Below are positions 41,562-51,818 of a stretch of DNA of 64,000 nucleotides, in pieces. The notes under the pieces were generated by a model. The model saw only the letters and a list, made by a program, of their open reading frames with translations. It did no database searches and was not told where the DNA came from. The DNA is from an uncultured Gammaproteobacteria bacterium (GTDB lineage Bacteria > Pseudomonadota > Gammaproteobacteria > Arenicellales > JAANXG01), in NCBI GenBank assembly GCA_947258495.1, contig CAMYIN010000097.1:11229-75228 (forward strand), read 5' to 3'. Each line of letters starts with the position of its first letter. The stretch's first letter is position 1. Both the position numbers and the translations under genes were made by a program.

Positions 41562-42521
41562 CTACACCACGACGTTCTGCGGTTTGCCATGCAGGTACGC
41601 GCGGATGTTTGCGACCACTATGTCTACGACCCGCTGTCGCGACGCACGCGCCGCCCAGGCGATGTGCGGGGTGACGATCAGATTCGGTATATCCGGATCC
41701 AGCAGCGGATTGCCGTCGACCGGCGGTTCCTGCGACAGCACATCCACGCCGGCGCCCGCTATGGTTCCATTGCGCAGTGCCTGCGCCAGCGCGCTTTCGT
41801 TGACGATCCCGCCGCGTGCAGTGTTGATCAGGATAGCGTCGTCCTTCATGAGCTGCAATTCCCGCTCCCCGATCAGGTCCCTGGTCTCATCGGTGAGCGG
41901 ACAATGTAGACTCACTATGTCCGCTTCCCGCAGTAATTGCTCGATGGGCACACGGCCAGGCTGCGGCGCGCCGCCCGGCCTCTGTCCGATCTTGACCGTG
42001 AGGCCGAAAGCGGGTGCGGCTTCGGCGACGCCCCGCCCGAGCGCGCCGTATCCTACGATGCCCAGGGTGAGGCCGGCGAGCTCGCGTATGGGAAAATCCA
42101 GCAGGCAGAAATGCGGGTGCCGCTGCCAGCGACCGTCGGCGACCGCGCGTTGGTACTGGGGCAGCCGCGTGGTGAGCGCCAGGATCAATGCGTACACGTG
42201 CTGCACGACGGAGGGGGTGCCGTAGTCGCGGACGTTGCACACCGTGATTCCGAGCCCTGTAGCCGCCTCCAGGTCGATGTTGTTGGTGCCGGTGGCGGCG
42301 ATGACCACCAACTTAAGGTTTTTCGCCTGTGTCAGCGTACCGCGAGCCAGCGGAACCTTGTTGGAAATGACGACGGTCGCGTCCCGCACCCGCGCCTGGA
42401 TCTGGTCCCCGGCGGTGGTACCGAACGTGTTCCAGGAGATGGGAAATTCCTGCAGTGCGCTCAGGTCCAAGTCGCCGGGGTCGACCGTGTCGGTGTCGAG
42501 GAATACGCCGGCGAGGGTCAT
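41562..42521 (-). CDS. D-2-hydroxyacid (glycerate/hydroxypyruvate) dehydrogenase
   Basis: ATGTNNID, GYGALG, LHCPLT, INTARG, DVL..EP, TPHIAW. Confidence 0.9.
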   Translation of the reverse strand: MTLAGVFLDTDTVDPGDLDLSALQEFPISWNTFGTTAGDQIQARVRDATVVISNKVPLARGTLTQAKNLKLVVIAATGTNNIDLEAATGLGITVCNVRDYGTPSVVQHVYALILALTTRLPQYQRAVADGRWQRHPHFCLLDFPIRELAGLTLGIVGYGALGRGVAEAAPAFGLTVKIGQRPGGAPQPGRVPIEQLLREADIVSLHCPLTDETRDLIGERELQLMKDDAILINTARGGIVNESALAQALRNGTIAGAGVDVLSQEPPVDGNPLLDPDIPNLIVTPHIAWAARASRQRVVDIVVANIRAYLHGKPQNVVV

Positions 42522-43009
42522 CGCAGATTATCGCAGTGAATCTGCTTCCACTTCGTCGCCCAGCGCTTTCCCCGCGTCACGGCTTCGGCCGACATCCTCC
42601 CTGCGAGTTGCTCGCGAACGTCGAGGGCCTGTCGGTGCCCGTTGATGGAAGCGACCGTGTACCACATGTAGGCACTGGCGTAGTCGGGTGCCGAGAACGC
42701 GGTGCTCCGGGCGTCGTCGTTGAAGAATCCCGAGAGCACGTTGCCCATTTCGTATTGCGCCGTGACGTCGCCCTGAATCGCTGCACGACAATACCAGTAC
42801 AGGGCCTTAACGGTGCTGCGGCGCGGTCCCAGTCCGCAGCAGTAGGACTTTGCCAGCTGATACTGGGCCTGTGCGTCACCCTGCTCCGCCGCTGCGCGCC
42901 ACTGCTCGCGGTTGTCGGGGGCGCGCTGCAACCCCCCGGCGCAACCCACCGAGGTCAACCCGAGGACGACGCAAACGATCAGCGGCAGGCATGCGGGCTT
43001 GGTGGTCAT
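42518..43009 (-). CDS. Sel1-repeat lipoprotein
   Basis: lipobox SVGC; AAEQGDAQAQYQLA, A..WY..AA.QG..AQY, AYMWY. Confidence 0.82.
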   Translation of the reverse strand: MTTKPACLPLIVCVVLGLTSVGCAGGLQRAPDNREQWRAAAEQGDAQAQYQLAKSYCCGLGPRRSTVKALYWYCRAAIQGDVTAQYEMGNVLSGFFNDDARSTAFSAPDYASAYMWYTVASINGHRQALDVREQLAGRMSAEAVTRGKRWATKWKQIHCDNLR

Positions 43010-43289
43010 CGGCACTCCCTTTATCATTATCGGCATCGCGACCATTGTGCCACGGCATTTGCGACGTCCTCAACCGGATCGCAGAGGAACCTGGCGCATT
43101 GTGGCGCGCACCGGAATTCGATGATCCTGAAACAAAAACGCTGGCTTCGCACCGCTTGACACACCGACGGCATAGAGATGTCCGTTGCGTTCTTGCGTCG
43201 CGATCTTGGAACGCCGCATCAACGCAACGCCGAGGACCGCCGAGCTCCGCGACGGGCGCGGACCGCGCGACGGCCGGGATGAGCAGGTG

Positions 43290-43907
43290 ATGTACGTGTC
43301 GTGTCTGGATCTGGAGGGTGTGCTGGTGCCTGAAATCTGGTTGAACGTCGCAGAGCATACGGGACTGGATGCTCTCGCGTTGACGACGCGCGATATGTCG
43401 GATTACGACCAGCTGATGCGCCACCGCCTAGGTGTAATCCAGAAAAACGGCCTGCGCTACAGCGACATTCAGCGTGTCATTGCGGGGATGGCTCCCCTGG
43501 ACGGCGCCCTGGAGTTCCTGGATTGGCTGCGCGAGCGCAGTCAAGTGATAATCCTTTCGGACACGTTCTACCAGTTTGCCGGGCCGCTCATGCGCCAGTT
43601 ACGCTGGCCGACCCTGTTTTGTAACGAACTTCTGCTCCATGACGACGGACGTATCGGCGGCTATCGATTGCGCCAGGCGGACCAGAAACGTCGTGCGATC
43701 GAGGCGCTGCATCGATTGAACTTCGTGGTCGTCGCCGCCGGTGATTCCTACAACGATACCACCATGCTGGCGGAGGCGGACCGCGGCATCCTGTTTCGTC
43801 CGCCGGCGCAGATGGCGACGGAATTTCCCCAATACCCGGTTACCGTCGACTACGACGAGTTGCGCCGGGCGTTCGAGCACGCGGCGTCGGAGCTCAACGT
43901 TCGTTAG
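43290..43907 (+). CDS. thrH: phosphoserine phosphatase / homoserine phosphotransferase
   Basis: CLDLEGVLVPEIW, TTRD..DYD.LM, LSDTF, AAGDSYNDTTML. Confidence 0.95.
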   Translation: MYVSCLDLEGVLVPEIWLNVAEHTGLDALALTTRDMSDYDQLMRHRLGVIQKNGLRYSDIQRVIAGMAPLDGALEFLDWLRERSQVIILSDTFYQFAGPLMRQLRWPTLFCNELLLHDDGRIGGYRLRQADQKRRAIEALHRLNFVVVAAGDSYNDTTMLAEADRGILFRPPAQMATEFPQYPVTVDYDELRRAFEHAASELNVR

Positions 43908-45282
43908 TCGAGCAGAGACCGGTGGAAACCGCTTCACCAGTCGGTTCGGATTCCTTGTTTTCGAGCGGGATCTGCGCCGACACCGTCGTCCCTTGCCGCG
44001 GCCGGCTTTCCACGATCAAGCGGCCGCCGTGCGCCTCGACGATCAGGCGACACAAATACAGTCCCAATCCGTAGCCGCCCGTCCGCCGCTGGCGCGAGCG
44101 GTCGGCGCGGAAAAACGGTTCCGTCACGTGGCCCAGGTCCTGGGGCGGGATCCCCTCACCGTGATCGCGCACCCGTATGCAAACGCTCCGTTGGCCGGTT
44201 TTGACCGACAACTCCGGGCCGCGTTGGGCGCCCCTGCTGTGTCGCACCGCATTCGACAGCAGGTTTACGATCAACAGCTTGATGCGCGACGCGTCCAGCA
44301 TGACGTAGTCGTCGCCTTCGGGTAGCCGCGTGCGGATGCCGGCGCCGGGAAAGTGCATCTCGAGGACCTCGTCGACCAACTGGCGCAGGGATACAGGTGT
44401 GCGATTCAATATCGCGTGGCCGCTGTTCAGCCGTTCGGTCTCGAGTATCTCCGATATCAGCGCCTCCATCTCTCCCAGATCGTTGATCAAGTTCTGTTTC
44501 AATGCGGAGTTTTCCAGTAATTCGGTGGAAACACGCGCCCGCGTAATCGGCGTGCGGAGTTCGTGGCTGACAGAAAGAAGAAGTTGTCGTTTGGCTTCCA
44601 GCATGCGTTGGATTTCGTCGGCCATGGCATTGATGCTGCGGCCGAGGTCTCCCAGCTCGTCTTTGCGGTCGATCGGGATGCGCTGTTGCAAATCACCCGC
44701 GCCGAAACGCCGTACCGCATCATTGATCACGTGTACCGGTCGAAAAAGGCGCCGGATCAATCGGTACATGGTATACAGCGCCGCCAACACACCGGCCATG
44801 GCCGCAAGAACCACCCATAGCGCATGCCTCGGTCCGGATTGCTTGGGAATGGACAGAAACGCAACGTGTCGACCCAGTCGCGTTCGCAACACCAGGCGGT
44901 CGCGGTAATCGCCTATAGCAAACGCACGCATTGGCGTGTTTACGGTGGGTCCGTGGCGGGGGCGACGGAAGCGGATCTCGGCGAGATCCAGGTCTCCGTT
45001 TCCGGAGGACCAGTTCATCTCCGGACCGCGGATGTAGATTTCGATACCGGCGCGCTCCGCCAGGCGCCGGGCGCGCTCGCGGTCCGGCGGGTCACCCAGC
45101 TCCCTTTGCACGTAGTGAAGGTACTGGGTCAGATGGGGTCGCAGGTTACGGTCGAATTGATGCTTGAGGGCGAAGCCTATGGTGATATTGAGGACGAAAA
45201 GTATGAAAATGCCTGCCGCCAGAAACAACAACATGAGGCGCGCGGCAAGGCTGTAACGCAGCTTGGAGAGCCAGTCTTTCAA
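43894..45282 (-). CDS. HAMP-domain sensor histidine kinase
   Basis: two TM helices, HAMP (DELG.L), SHELRTP, NLLSNA, DHGEG, GYGLGL. Confidence 0.93.
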   Translation of the reverse strand: MKDWLSKLRYSLAARLMLLFLAAGIFILFVLNITIGFALKHQFDRNLRPHLTQYLHYVQRELGDPPDRERARRLAERAGIEIYIRGPEMNWSSGNGDLDLAEIRFRRPRHGPTVNTPMRAFAIGDYRDRLVLRTRLGRHVAFLSIPKQSGPRHALWVVLAAMAGVLAALYTMYRLIRRLFRPVHVINDAVRRFGAGDLQQRIPIDRKDELGDLGRSINAMADEIQRMLEAKRQLLLSVSHELRTPITRARVSTELLENSALKQNLINDLGEMEALISEILETERLNSGHAILNRTPVSLRQLVDEVLEMHFPGAGIRTRLPEGDDYVMLDASRIKLLIVNLLSNAVRHSRGAQRGPELSVKTGQRSVCIRVRDHGEGIPPQDLGHVTEPFFRADRSRQRRTGGYGLGLYLCRLIVEAHGGRLIVESRPRQGTTVSAQIPLENKESEPTGEAVSTGLCSTNER

Positions 45283-45953
45283 TTACCTGGACCGATGAAC
45301 GCGTAGCCGGAACCCCAGACGGTCTTGATGTATTCCGTGGGCCTCAACTTCTGGCGCAGTCGACTCACCAGAATGTCCACCGATCGGGAATAGATGTCGG
45401 CATCGACCCCTTTCAGTGCGGAGAGGATGTCGTCGCGCGTAAAATTTTTTCCCGGAGACCGGACGAGCAACGCAAGCAGCTGATATTCCATTGTTGTCAG
45501 ACGCAGCGGACGGTCCGCCAAAGACACCTGCTGTTTTCCCAGGTCGACTTCCAGTGCTCCAAAACGCAACACCGTCTTTTGCCGATACGGGCGGGTGACG
45601 CGTTTGAGCACGTTCTGCACGCGCGCGACCAACTCTCTGGGTTCGAACGGTTTCGGCAGATAATCGTCGGCGCCGATTTCGAGACCGACCACGCGATCCA
45701 TGACGTCCCCGCGTGCGGTGAGCATGACGATGGGAATATCGCTGTTTCTGCGAATGCGTCTGCACAACGCGAATCCGTCTTGTTGCGGAAGCATGACGTC
45801 CAGAATGAGCAGATCAAAATCCTCGTCTCGCAGCCGTTTCAGCCCGTCGGCCGGATGCAGCGCGTTATCGAGCGTCATGTCGAACCTGGAGAAATACTGC
45901 CGCAGCGGCTCAGCCAGTTTTTCGTCGTCGTCGATGAGCAGTATCTTGGTCAT
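45279..45953 (-). CDS. OmpR-family response regulator
   Basis: LIDDD, LDVMLP, LTARGD, ADDYLPKPF, RSVD...RLRQKL, TVWGSGY. Confidence 0.95.
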   Translation of the reverse strand: MTKILLIDDDEKLAEPLRQYFSRFDMTLDNALHPADGLKRLRDEDFDLLILDVMLPQQDGFALCRRIRRNSDIPIVMLTARGDVMDRVVGLEIGADDYLPKPFEPRELVARVQNVLKRVTRPYRQKTVLRFGALEVDLGKQQVSLADRPLRLTTMEYQLLALLVRSPGKNFTRDDILSALKGVDADIYSRSVDILVSRLRQKLRPTEYIKTVWGSGYAFIGPGN

Positions 45954-46174
45954 ACCGAGAAACGGACGGTGTTTGCTGTCGTGCGGCAGCACAGCTTGGG
46001 GTAACGCAAGGCGCGCAGTGTAGCAGATGCGACCCTAGGAGCCTGTCCGCGTATTCTGCCCGTAGCGAGAATGTGGGAGGGTGAGACCAGTTGGTCGAAG
46101 ATTCGAGGAGAATAGCCAGCTATCTGACAAGAAGCTTCGGCAAAGTGGGCCGCTGACGCCGGTCGACGCTGAGG

Positions 46175-46648
46175 CTAGCGCTGCCAGCGGCCTGCTTTGC
46201 CCCGCATCCGATGCGCAAGCCAGTCTCGTATCTGTTGTTTCTGGTCCGCCCGCAGAGTGTCCGTAAACGACGCGATCGCGGCGATCACTTCCGGGGCGCG
46301 CCGCTCGAGAATTCCGACGTTCTGCCGTACCACTTCCAGGGCCGAGTTCTGATCCAAAGTGGGAGACCCGAGCAATCCCAGTAACTGTTCTCTGCCGTCG
46401 CGCCGCTGCCTGCGCACGTCCCTGCGGAATCGATGCAGTTGTTCCATGGCCCCGTCAAGTTTGGCTTCCTGTGCATCGGTGAGATCTAATTCTTCCTGCA
46501 GCCGATCCAGTAAGTGAGCGCCATGGTGGCCGCCAAAATAGCCCGGTCCTGCGGTTGGGCCGCCACGCCAGTTATGGGCGAACGCCACGCCGCCCAGGAT
46601 CGTCGCGCCCAGTACTCCTGCAATGGCAAGCTTGCTCGCGATGTTCAT
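46175..46648 (-). CDS. Spy/CpxP family periplasmic chaperone
   Basis: signal peptide, LDLTDAQ and LRADQ (LTxxQ-like) motifs, GGAG RBS. Confidence 0.82.
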   Translation of the reverse strand: MNIASKLAIAGVLGATILGGVAFAHNWRGGPTAGPGYFGGHHGAHLLDRLQEELDLTDAQEAKLDGAMEQLHRFRRDVRRQRRDGREQLLGLLGSPTLDQNSALEVVRQNVGILERRAPEVIAAIASFTDTLRADQKQQIRDWLAHRMRGKAGRWQR

Positions 46649-46722
46649 GCGTCGGTCTCCTGTAGTGAATTGAATTGTGCGTTCATGCTAACCACTCGCC
46701 GGCGGGCGTTCTTTTCCGAACG

Positions 46723-46747
46723 GTAACGATGTGTATCAATTTGTAAC
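46723..46747. promoter_or_regulatory. tandem direct-repeat operator for an OmpR/CpxR-type regulator
   Basis: GTAAC-N5-GTATC-N5-GTAAC (10-bp period) upstream of a TAGCAT -10 (minus strand, 46685-46690). Confidence 0.6.
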
Positions 46748-46791
46748 AGGAAACGGGATGGCGTGCGGCCGTTTCGAGGGGCGAAACCGAA

Positions 46792-47193
46792 TTACTGCGT
46801 TCGTTTTCTTTTGCGCATCGCTCTCCGCTCGCGCGACGACGGTGCTTGACGGTCGTAGACAATTTGTGCCGCGAGCGTGCGGCGCTCGCCGGCAAGGCGG
46901 GCACGCTCGGAGATGCTGTGGTCGGATTCGGTGTAGAGCGCCGACGCGTCGTCTGCGGAACCCCGTTTCGCGGACAAGGCGTCCACCCTAACTACCCAGG
47001 TGTAGTGCCCGCGACGGATCTCGAGCGCGTCGCCGACCGCGACAGTCTTCGCCGGTTTGGCGCGACCCCCGTTGACGTGCACCTTTCCGCCCTTCACCGC
47101 GGCCGCGGCGAGCTGGCGGGTCTTGAAGAACCTGGCGGCCCACAGCCACTTATCCAGGCGCGTGTGGGAAACCTTGCGATTATCATCGGCCAT
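46792..47193 (-). CDS. hslR: ribosome-associated heat shock protein Hsp15
   Basis: RLDKWLWAARFFKTR, KV.VNG..KP, RG.A..A..LY.E. Confidence 0.92.
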   Translation of the reverse strand: MADDNRKVSHTRLDKWLWAARFFKTRQLAAAAVKGGKVHVNGGRAKPAKTVAVGDALEIRRGHYTWVVRVDALSAKRGSADDASALYTESDHSISERARLAGERRTLAAQIVYDRQAPSSRERRAMRKRKRTQ

Positions 47194-47492
47194 GGTCGTC
47201 GTCGGAGGGCCGTCAGTCGTCGGCGGTGGAAACCGCGGAGCAGTGGCCGCGTTTGTCTGCGGAATGCGCTTGTGGTGGTGTCACGTTGTCGAATTGTAGG
47301 CAAACTGCCCCGGTGCGGTAAGTCCAACGCGACAGGTGCTTCGGAGAGGCGTTGGTCGAATCCACGAAGCCCGGCGTTGCCGGTACGAATTGCCCCTATC
47401 GGCACGAGCTCAAGGCGTAATGTTGAATTGCGCCGCGCGGGCGGATAAGTGCTATCATCTCCAGGTTAACGTAAACCTCCTTTTCCTCTCGC

Positions 47493-48605
47493 ATGTTTTC
47501 CAGGCTCCCAGTTCGTGGCGCGCGCATCGTCCTTCGCCGCCTTTGTGCCGCTTTCGCCGTGTTTGCGTTTGCCGCCGTGTCGCAATCGGCCCATACCCAG
47601 GACAAGACACCGACCGCACCGCCGCCCGCGCTGGTGCAGGTCGCGGAAGCGCAACAAATACACATGGCGCCTACCGTGTGGATGCCGGGGGCGATCGTCA
47701 GCCGCGACGACGCGCGCGTCGCCGCGGAGGTCGAAGGCCGGCTGGTTGAGGTCGCCGACGTCGGCGAACGCGTTGCCGGCAATGATCCCATCGCCCGCAT
47801 TGACGATACCGATCTCAAGATCGAGTTCGCCGAGGCGCGCGCGGTGCTTTTACGCGAGCGGGCAAAGTTGCAGTTCGCCGAGCAGGAACGCTCGCGCCTG
47901 CAGGGTCTTGCCGGCAAGGGCCTCGTGACCAAGAGCCGTTTGGATCAGGCACGGGCGGAGCGGGATGCGGCGCAGGGTGAATGGCAGGTGGCGCGAGCGC
48001 GGCTCGACGCGGCGGAGGATCGGCTGGCCGACACCGTCCTGCGCGCGCCGTTCGCGGGCGTTGTCGCGGAACGTTATCGCCGCTCCGGAGAAAGAGTGGA
48101 CGTGGGCACCGAAGTTCTGCGTTTGGTGAGTCCGGAATCGCTCGAAGCGCAGACGCGCGTACCGCCATCGAGCCTGCCACACGTTACCATCGGGTCGGCG
48201 ATGCGGGTGCGCGCCAACCCTTCCGAGACCGACGCGCGCGTACGCGCCGTGGTGCCGGTCGGCGACGACCGGTCGAGGTTGTACGAGGTGCGACTCACAC
48301 TCGACAACGTCCACTGGCCGGCGGGCACCGTGGTGCGGGTGTCGGTGCCGACGGCGAAGCCGAGAAGCGTGGTTGCGGTTCCCCGTGATGCACTGGTTTT
48401 ACGGCAGGACGGCGTCTCCGTGTTTCGAGTCGGCGACGACCACACCGCGCAACTGATCCCGGTCACCACCGGTCTGGCCGATGAGAGCATGATCGAGGTT
48501 CACGGCGACATCGCACCCGGCGATCGCGTCATTACCCGCGGCGGGGAACGGTTGCGCCCGGGCCAGCCATTGAAGCTCATGCCGCCGGTGAAGCCGAAGC
48601 CATGA
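47493..48605 (+). CDS. RND efflux periplasmic adaptor (MFP)
   Basis: signal peptide, lipoyl-like halves, coiled hairpin, LRAPFAG, VPRDAL, GDRVI. Confidence 0.9.
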   Translation: MFSRLPVRGARIVLRRLCAAFAVFAFAAVSQSAHTQDKTPTAPPPALVQVAEAQQIHMAPTVWMPGAIVSRDDARVAAEVEGRLVEVADVGERVAGNDPIARIDDTDLKIEFAEARAVLLRERAKLQFAEQERSRLQGLAGKGLVTKSRLDQARAERDAAQGEWQVARARLDAAEDRLADTVLRAPFAGVVAERYRRSGERVDVGTEVLRLVSPESLEAQTRVPPSSLPHVTIGSAMRVRANPSETDARVRAVVPVGDDRSRLYEVRLTLDNVHWPAGTVVRVSVPTAKPRSVVAVPRDALVLRQDGVSVFRVGDDHTAQLIPVTTGLADESMIEVHGDIAPGDRVITRGGERLRPGQPLKLMPPVKPKP

Positions 48606-51600
48606 ACCCGACGCGGCTGGCTCTCTCCAACCCGGTGGCGGTCATCGTCGCGCTCCTGCTGGTGCTGCTGTTCGGCGGCATCAGTCTGTCGCGGCTACCG
48701 GTGCAGTTGACCCCCGATATTGAGAAACCCGAGATCACCGTGCGTCAGTCTTGGCGCGCGGCGGCGCCGGAGGAAGTGGAGGCGGAACTCGTCGAAGCGC
48801 AGGAAGAAGTGTTCCGGGGCCTGCCGGGAGTGACCAAGATCGTCTCCAAGGCCAGCCGTGGCCAGTCGGAAATCACTTTGACCTTCGACGTCGATACCAG
48901 CCTGGAACGAAACCTGCTCGAGGTCTTGAATCGCCTCAATCGCGTAGCGAGCTACCCCGAAGACGCGGACGAGCCCGTCATCAGCGCCGTCGGCGGCGAC
49001 AGCCGCGCCATCGCCTGGTTCATCGTGAAAACCGCCGCGAACAACCCCCGACCCATCGACAGCTACCAGGATTTCATGGAAGAGGTGGTGCAAGCGCGAT
49101 TCGAACGTGTCCCGGGGGTGGCGTTGTCCGAGGTCTACGGTGGTCGGGAGACGGAAATCCGCGTGACTTTCGATCCCTATGTGGCTGCGAGCCTGGGGGT
49201 GGAGCTGCCGCGGGCGGCGCAGCTCGCAGGCAGCGGTAAAGACGCCTCGGGGGGGTTTACCGACATCGGCAAGCGTCGCTACACGGTGCGCTTCGCCGGG
49301 ACCTATCCCGTGGAAGAGCTGCAGGAGATGGTGATTGAGTGGCGCGACGGTCGACCCATCCAGCTCCGGGACGTGGCCGAGGTGGAAACGCGCCTGGTCG
49401 ACCGCGACAGCTTCGTTACCACCAACGGTACGGCATCGATTGCGGTGAACGCCCACCGGGAGCAGGGCGTCAACGTGCTCGCAGTCATGGCGGGGTTGCG
49501 GGACGCGGTCGCGGAGCTACAGCAGGGGCCCTTGCAGCGCGCCGGCCTGACGATCGAACAGGTCTACGACGAGACCACGTATATCGACAAATCCATAGAA
49601 ATGCTGCGTAATAATCTGATTGTCGGCATGCTGCTGGCGATCGGCGTTTTATGGTGGTTCTTGCGTAAGTTTCGCGCCACCTTGATGGTGGCGGTGGCGA
49701 TACCTCTGTCTTTGTTCGTGGCGTTCATGTTCATGGACGCCCTGGGGCGAACCCTCAACGTTATTTCTCTGGCTGGGCTGGCGTTCGCCGTGGGCATGGT
49801 ATTGGACGCCAGCATCGTGGTGTTGGAGAACATCATGCGCCTGCGGGAATCGGGCGAAGCTCCGGCTCGGGCGGCGGAACGCGGCGCGCTTCAGGTATGG
49901 GGCGCACTGCTGGCGTCGACCGCAACCACCGTAGCCATCTTTCTCCCCGTGGTGTTTCTGGAAAACGAGATCGGGCAGCTATTCGGCGACCTGGCGCTGA
50001 CCATCGCCGCGGCCATCATTGCGTCTCTGGTCATCGCGCTGACGATCATACCGACGGCGGCGAGCCAACTGATACGCAGCAAATCGATCCGGGACCCTCA
50101 CCATCACTGGTGGGAGGCGGGTTGCCGCCTGGTCATGCAGCTCACCGCCACGCCGGCGAGGAGGTGGTCCTGGATAGCGGTGCTGCTCACGGTTCCCATA
50201 GTGATCGTTTATCTGCTTTTTCCCAAAGCCGACTATCTGCCCGAGGGCAACCGCAATCTGGTCTTCGCCTTCATCGTTCCGCCCCCCGGCTCGAGCGTCG
50301 ACTACATCGACAAGGAAATGGGCCAGATCCTGGCGGATCGGCTGGCCCCCTTCATGACCGGCGAGCGCGAGCCCAGGGTCCGCTACTACTTTTTCGTGAC
50401 CTTCTCCCGCGGCACCTTCATAGGGGCGCGGACCCGGGATCCGGCGCGCACCGCTGAGCTGGTCGCGGTGGTGAACGAAGTCGTCCAGGGTTTCCCGGAC
50501 ACCATCGCGTTTGCCAGGCGCGCGTCGTTGTTCGGGGGGCTGTCGGGGGGCAACACCGTCGAGGTCGACATTCAATCGAACGACGTACCGGCGCTGCTGG
50601 AAGCGGCGCGCACGGGCCTCGGGGTCATTGCCGGCGTGCTGCCCGGCGCCAGGGTCCGGCCGTTGCCCGGGGTGGTGCTTGCCGAGCCCGAGTTGCGCTT
50701 GATCCCGGATGAGCAACGCATCGCCGAGGCGGGGTGGGACCGGGGCATCATGACGGCGGTGATCCGCGCCCTCGGGGACGGACTGTTCGTGGGCGACTAC
50801 TTCGACGGCGATAAGCGCCGCGACATCATACTGCGCGCCCAGCCCTGGAAGACCCCGGAGGAACTGGCGGCGATTCCGCTGGCAACGCCCGACAGTGGCG
50901 TGGTGCCGGTCGGGGAGCTGGTGCGCATTGCGCGCACCGCGGGACCCAACGAGATCCGCCGGGTGAATCGCCGGCGCACCATCACTTTGCAGGTCACGCC
51001 GCCGGAAGGCATGGCGCTGGAGACGGTGATCCGCACGCTGCAGAAGCAGGCGGAACCCGCGATCAAGAATGCGTTGCCGGAGGACGGCGCCATCAGTTAC
51101 TCGGGATCGGCGGATAAACTCGACGTCGCCGTGCAGACCATGGGCGGCACCTTCCTTCTCGCCATCGTCATACTTTATCTTCTCATCAGCGCCTTGTTCC
51201 GTTCATTCATCGACAGTTTGCTCGTGATCCTGGTCATACCTCTGGCCACCGTGGGGGGTGTGGTGGCCGTCGATTTGGTGAACCGCGTCGTTCCCCAGCC
51301 CATGGACCTGTTGACCATGATCGGATTCATCATTCTGCTGGGACTGGTGGTGAACAACGCCATTCTCCTGGTGCATCAGACGCGGGCGGCGGAACGGGAA
51401 GGCACGGCCAGGCGTGACGCCGTCGAGCAGGCCGTGCACCTGCGGTTGCGGCCGATACTCATGAGCACCTTGACCAGCCTGTTCGGCATGTTGCCGCTGC
51501 TGTTGAATCCCGGAGCGGGCAGCGAGCTGTACCGTGGCCTGGCGGCGGTGATCGTCGGCGGCTTGAGCGTGAGTACCGTCTTTACCCTGATCCTGCTTCC

Positions 51601-51670
51601 CAGTCTGCTGCGCTTGGGTGAATCGAGGAAAGAAGCGCAAAGTGCGTCGCCCGCGCCGGCCGTCTCCTGA
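48602..51670 (+). CDS. RND efflux permease
   Basis: 1022 aa; LNVISLAGL, GMVLDASIVVLEN, GLVVNNAILL, RLRPILMST. Confidence 0.94.
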   Translation: MNPTRLALSNPVAVIVALLLVLLFGGISLSRLPVQLTPDIEKPEITVRQSWRAAAPEEVEAELVEAQEEVFRGLPGVTKIVSKASRGQSEITLTFDVDTSLERNLLEVLNRLNRVASYPEDADEPVISAVGGDSRAIAWFIVKTAANNPRPIDSYQDFMEEVVQARFERVPGVALSEVYGGRETEIRVTFDPYVAASLGVELPRAAQLAGSGKDASGGFTDIGKRRYTVRFAGTYPVEELQEMVIEWRDGRPIQLRDVAEVETRLVDRDSFVTTNGTASIAVNAHREQGVNVLAVMAGLRDAVAELQQGPLQRAGLTIEQVYDETTYIDKSIEMLRNNLIVGMLLAIGVLWWFLRKFRATLMVAVAIPLSLFVAFMFMDALGRTLNVISLAGLAFAVGMVLDASIVVLENIMRLRESGEAPARAAERGALQVWGALLASTATTVAIFLPVVFLENEIGQLFGDLALTIAAAIIASLVIALTIIPTAASQLIRSKSIRDPHHHWWEAGCRLVMQLTATPARRWSWIAVLLTVPIVIVYLLFPKADYLPEGNRNLVFAFIVPPPGSSVDYIDKEMGQILADRLAPFMTGEREPRVRYYFFVTFSRGTFIGARTRDPARTAELVAVVNEVVQGFPDTIAFARRASLFGGLSGGNTVEVDIQSNDVPALLEAARTGLGVIAGVLPGARVRPLPGVVLAEPELRLIPDEQRIAEAGWDRGIMTAVIRALGDGLFVGDYFDGDKRRDIILRAQPWKTPEELAAIPLATPDSGVVPVGELVRIARTAGPNEIRRVNRRRTITLQVTPPEGMALETVIRTLQKQAEPAIKNALPEDGAISYSGSADKLDVAVQTMGGTFLLAIVILYLLISALFRSFIDSLLVILVIPLATVGGVVAVDLVNRVVPQPMDLLTMIGFIILLGLVVNNAILLVHQTRAAEREGTARRDAVEQAVHLRLRPILMSTLTSLFGMLPLLLNPGAGSELYRGLAAVIVGGLSVSTVFTLILLPSLLRLGESRKEAQSASPAPAVS

Positions 51671-51818
51671 TTGCGACGTCGCATATCTGTGCGATCGCCG
51701 CAAGGTCAATTCCGGTCTGCACGCTACGGTTGTCCAAGGCGTGGACGCCGGCAGCAATCTACGGTTGCGTGCGTACATCTTTGCACCGCTCCCACGGACG
51801 TGCCTTAGGTGTTAGGCC

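Noticed and set aside
43183-43229. CGTTGCGTT...AACGCAACG hairpin in the thrH leader as a ZTP/other riboswitch
   Set aside because: Conserved riboswitch nucleotides are not found; only a generic stem-loop
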